Part shown: piece after piece, positions 58,652-64,000 of the stretch
How positions within the stretch are numbered: position 1 is the first letter of the stretch
How the letters are laid out: each line of letters begins with the position of its first letter
Assembly (NCBI RefSeq): GCF_022045235.1
Contig: NW_027266284.1
Span: 3,658,001 to 3,722,000, forward strand
Origin: Haliotis cracherodii
Lineage: Eukaryota
DNA length: 64,000 nt
Reading direction: 5' to 3'
Program-made: the position numbers and the translations under genes
The notes under the pieces: generated by a model
Databases searched by the model: none
What the model was told of the DNA's origin: nothing
The model's input: the letters and a program-made list of their open reading frames with translations, nothing else

Positions 58652-61600
58652 TGATCATTGCTCATGGACTCCAGCATGAATCATTGCTCATAGCATCCTG
58701 CATGGATCATTGCTCATAGCATCCTCCATGGATCATTGCTCATTGCATCCAGCATGGATCATTGCTCATGGACACAAGCATGAATCATTGCTCATAGCAT
58801 CCTGCATGGATTATTGCTCATAGCATCCTGCATGGATCATTGCTCATAGCCTCCTGCATGGATCATTGCTCATTGCATCCTGCATGGATCATTGCTCATA
58901 GCATCCTGCATGGATCATTGCTCATAGCATCCTGCATGGATCATTGCTCATGGACTCCAGCATGAATCATTGCTCATAGCATCCTGCATGGATTATTGCT
59001 CATAGCATCCTGCATGGATTATTGCTCATAGCATCCTGCATGGATCATTGCTCATAGCCTCCTGCATGGATCATTGCTCATTGCATCCTGCATGGATCAT
59101 TGCTCATAGCATCCTGCATGGATCATTGCTCATGGACTCCAGCATGAATCATTGCTCATAGCATCCTGCATGGATCATTGCTCATAGCATCCTGCATGGA
59201 TCATTGCTCATAGCATCCTGCATGGATCATTGCTCATTGCATCCTGCATGGATCATTGCTCATAGCATCCTGCATGGATCATTGCTCATAGCCTCCTGCA
59301 TGGATCATTGCTCATTGCATCCTGCATGGATCATTGCTCATAGCATCCTGCATGGATCATCGCTCATAGCATCCTGCATGGATCATCGCTCATAGCATCC
59401 TGCATGGATTATTGCTCATAGCATCCTGCATCAGTCATTGCTCATAGCATCCTGCATGGATCATTGCTCATTGCATCCTGCATGGATCATTGCTCATAGC
59501 ATCCTGCATGGATCATCGCTCATAGCATCCTGCATGGATTATTGCTCATAGCATCCTGCATGGATCATTGCTCATGGACACAAGCATCAATCATTGCTCA
59601 TAGCATCCTGCATGGATCATTGCTCATAGCCTCCTGCATGGATCATTGCTCATTGCATCCTGCATGGATCATTGCTCATAGCCTCCTGCATGGATCATTG
59701 CTCATTGCATCCTGCATGGATCATTGCTCATAGCATCCTGCATGGATCATTGCTCAGCATCCTGCATGGATCATTGCTCATGGACTCCAGCATGAATCAT
59801 TGCTCATAGCATCCTGCATGGATCATTGCTCATAGCCTCCTGCATGGATCATTGCTCATTGCATCCTGCATGGATCATTGCTCATAGCATCCTGCATGGA
59901 TCATTGCTCAGCATCCTGCATGGATCATTGCTCATAGCATCCTGCATGGATCATTGCTCATAGCATCCTGCATGGATAATTGCTCATGGACTCCAGCATG
60001 AATCATTGCTCATAGCATCCTGCATGGATCATTGCTCATAGCATCCTGCATGGATCATTGCTCATGGACACAAGCATGAATCATTGCTCATAGCATCCTG
60101 CATGGATCATTGCTCATAGCCTCCTGCATGGATCATTGCTCATTGCATCCTGCATGGATCATTGCTCATAGCATCCTGCATGGATCATTGCTCAGCATCC
60201 TGCATGGATCATTGCTCATAGCATCCTGCATGGATCATTGCTCATAGCATCCTGCATGGATAATTGCTCATGGACTCCAGCATGAATCATTGCTCATAGC
60301 ATCCTGCATGGATCATTGCTCATAGCATCCTGCATGGATCATTGCTCATAGCATCCTGCATGGATTATTGCTCATAGCATCCTGCATGGATAATTGCTCA
60401 TGGACTCCAGCATGAATCATTGCTCATAGCATCCTGCATGGATCATTGCTCATAGCATCCTGCATGGATCATTGCTCATAGCATCCTGAAAGGAGTATTG
60501 CTCATAGCATCCTGCATGGATCATTGCTCACAGCATCCTGCATGGATTATTGCTCATTGCATCCAGCATGGATCATTGCTCATAGCATCCTGCATGGATT
60601 ATTGCTCTCGGCGTCCTGCATGGGTTATTGCTCATAGCATCCTGCATGGATCATTGCTCTCGGCGTCCTGCATGGATCATTCCTCACAGCATTCTGCATG
60701 GATTATTGCTCATAGCATCCTGCATGGATTATTGCTCACAGCATCCTGAAAGGAGTATTGCTCATAGCACCCTGCATGGATTATTGCTCATAGCATCCTG
60801 CATGGATCATTGCTCACAGCATCCTGCATGAATTTTTGCTCATAGCATCCTGCATGGATTATTGCTCATAGCATCCTGCATGGATCATTGCTGATATCAT
60901 CCTGCATGGATTATTGCTCATAGCATCCTGCATGGATTATTGCTCATAGCATCCTGCATGGATTATTGCTCATAGCATCCTGCATGAATTTTTGCTCATA
61001 GCATCCTGCATGGATCATTGCTCATTGCATCCCTGTAGTCAATCATGGCCCCTAGTATGGATCATCGGTCATAGCATCCTGCATGAATCATTGCTCATAG
61101 CATCCAATATGAATCATTGCTCATTGCATCCCTGCAGTTTATCAGTCATGGCCCCTAGTATGGATCATCGGTCATAGCATCCAACATGGATCATTGCTCA
61201 TTGCATCCAACATGAATCATTGCTCATAGCATCCAACATGAATCATTGCTCATTGCATCCAACATGAATCATTGCTCATAGCATCCCTGCAGTTTATCAG
61301 TCATGGCCCCTAGTATGGATCATCGGTCATTGCATCCAACATGAATCATTGCTCATAGCATCCAACATGAATCATTGCTCATTGCATCCCTGCAGTTTAT
61401 CAGTCATGGCCCCTAGTATGGATCATCGGTCATAGCATCCAACATGGATCATTGCTCATTGCATCCAACATGAATCATTGCTCATAGCATCCAACATGAA
61501 TCATTGCTCATAGCATCCCTGTGGTTTATCAGTCATGGCCCCCAGTATGTATCATCGGTCATAGCATCCAACATGGATCATTGCTCATTGCATCCCTGCA

Positions 61601-62300
61601 GTTTATCAGTCATGGCCCCTAGTATGGATCATCGGTCATAGCATCCAATATGAATTATTGCTCATTGCATCCCTGCAGTTTATCAGTCATGGCCCCTAGT
61701 ATGGATCATCGGTCATAGCATCCAACATGGATCATTGCTCATTGCATCCAACATGAATCATTGCTCATAGCATCCAACATGAATCATTGCTCATAGCATC
61801 CCTGTGGTTTATCAGTCATGGCCCCCAGTATGTATCATCGGCCATAGCATCCAACATGGATCATTGCTCATAGCATCCAACATGAATCATTGCTCATAGC
61901 ATCCAACATGAATCATTGCTCATAGCATCCCTGTGGTTTATCAGTCATGGCCCCCAGTATGTATCATCGGTCATAGCATCCAACATGGATCATTGCTGAC
62001 AACATCCGGCGTGGATCATTGCTCATAGCATCCAACATGGATCATTGCTCATAGCATCCAACATGGATCATTGCTCATGGCATCCAACATGGATCATTGC
62101 TCACAACATCCGGCGTGGATCATCAGTCATAGCATCCAACATGGATCATTGCTGACAACATCTGGCGTGGATCATGCTCATAGCATCCAACATGGATCAT
62201 TGCTCATAGCATCTAACATGGATCATTGCTCACAACATCCGGCGTGCATCATCAGTCATAGCTTCTGGTGTGGATCAATTCTCATAGCACCCAGCGTGGA
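58652..62300. repeat. Large 26-bp minisatellite (TCATTGCTCATAGCATCCTGCATGGA) with higher-order variants
   Basis: Tandem periodicity; same family as 34878-36297 in opposite orientation. Confidence 0.96.
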
Positions 62301-62779
62301 TTTCAATGTAAAAGATGTCATCATTGGAGTACAGTATTGATTCCCGTGAGGAGGTAACCTTTAGTCCAAGTACCAAACCTCTCATCCCTCTTTATCAATG
62401 ATAAAATGTCTGTATTGGCCTTGATGAACTGCATCTTACCAGACATGTTCTGAAAGACTATTTATTGAATAATGTTTCCTTTAAGAGAAGTCACATTATC
62501 GATAATCCCCAAACCCCTAAGAAGTAGGGGTTGATGGCCCTTCTGACCCTGTACATCACGACTAACCTCCACATAGTGACAAAACACCTAATAAATCAAT
62601 ATGAATGTTATACATTGGACAGAATGCCGACACACATTACAGTAAGTGTAAACATATTGCAACACAGTAACCACCTAATACCACAAATATGACAGGATTT
62701 ATTTGCATTCACCTCACACTAAAATCATATCTTGTTGTCACAAAATACACTATAAGTACAAATACAGAGTATCCTACCC

Positions 62780-62960
62780 CAAAGATTGCACCGTCATAAA
62801 CACACACCTGGGCAAGTCAATTGTTAACCTGCTAAATACAAGGGAACATATGGTACAAAGCAAAATAAGGAATTGCATTGGACATAGTGTTTGTCACCAA
62901 TGCGGCAAATTTGGAAAATGGATAAAACACTTTATCAGCTATATACGGACCATTAAGTGT
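62780..62960 (-). mobile_element. Fragment of the same retroelement family as 45230-45915
   Basis: GGCAAGTCAATTGTT and GGAATTGCATTGGACAT are reverse complements of segments in 45760-45830. Confidence 0.55.
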
Positions 62961-64000
62961 AAGCCTCCAATTTGATGTTGTGAAACACATAAGGAAATCC
63001 AAACATGACAACACGGAGACGAACCCGGCATTGTCATTTAGAATATATGTATAAATAGTATGCTGTTATAGAAACCTACGTATGTCTACCCTGTCCAATC
63101 AGAAGGTGGAGCTGTATACCTACAAATGCTACAGTAACCCCAGGTATATTCATACTGGTATAACATCTGTAAGTGGCACTATAGAAGTTGTAGTATAATG
63201 GTACACATAATCAACACACAGCAGTTTTGTAATCTAGAAACTACTTGGCAGTCTGTTCCTGATGGCTGCACGAGCAAGACACGAGTCGTATAACTGATGT
63301 GTCGTCTTGATGTTCTTTAAGGTGAGGAAATATGAAAAGTCAAGGCCAGAGAATAATCAGTCTCGATGATAATATCTGCCAAAACAGATTCGATTGGGTT
63401 TAAAAGACCAAACAGTGTATACAATTCCATGAATGGATCGCTGAAAATGAGCGACGTGTAAACGAAGAGGGTAAGCATGTCCACGTTACCGGTAGACCCG
63501 CCGAATAACATAATGTGCATACAAAAGCTTGTGTTTGTGGCCTACCGCCGAACACCAGGCCCCTGTCACGCCACGCCGACATGCAGTCAATGGTTTCGGT
63601 TCCTCAAAAATATTAGTTTATGTCATTTGTTCATTTGAAATAAAACAAAACGTCAGGTCAAAGCCCACTCACTTCATGTGCAAGTGTCGAATGTAAACCA
63701 AAGCACACACGTCCATACAAGCCTCGCGCTAATAGCTATGTAGAAAGGTTAAACTTTAACTCAGCCAATCTTTTCATAAAACAATCTCATCAAAATCAGA
63801 TCTTAGTTCTCGCTACTGCTAAACAAAGATCCGAGGACACCCTATTACTGGTCACGTCAGAACGACCTTTCAGATCAGGAAAGTAACAGTAGGAATGTGT
63901 TTTCTGATCATGCAACCCTGAAAAGGTTAACGCGGTGCATTCCGTACGACAGTTCCGGGCTGTCGCTTCAATTGGATAAACATCTGAACGGAAGAGACTT

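Noticed and set aside
63317-63582. Short ORFs and a possible exon near the window end
   Set aside because: The best + frame has an internal stop and no recognisable homology; insufficient support

Overview
Eukaryotic (animal) genomic DNA. The SINE families and spliceosomal introns look molluscan, probably gastropod or abalone-like, but that is an inference. The window holds an alpha-tubulin gene cluster. There are three intact minus-strand genes (3642-7333, 20428-23400, 29765-33882), one rearranged minus-strand pseudogene (10720-15074), an orphan duplicated promoter with an ATG-only first exon (~37045-38010), and one canonical plus-strand gene (53006-56486). All intact genes have three coding exons: ATG alone, 223 bp, and 1127 or 1130 bp. 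The rest is repeat-rich: about ten minisatellite arrays (which explain all the long low-complexity ORFs), two or more SINE families, and Tc1/mariner, CR1/L2-type, Penelope-like and Helentron-like remnants. The most notable observations are: a pseudogene assembled from pieces of three paralog types out of order; a spare ATG exon that could act as an alternative promoter; exon-restricted gene conversion; recurrent RFX X-box/forkhead motif pairs; an inverted satellite pair bracketing the oppositely oriented gene; and a possible decayed LAGLIDADG endonuclease. I found no unambiguous new biological system; these are leads to test.
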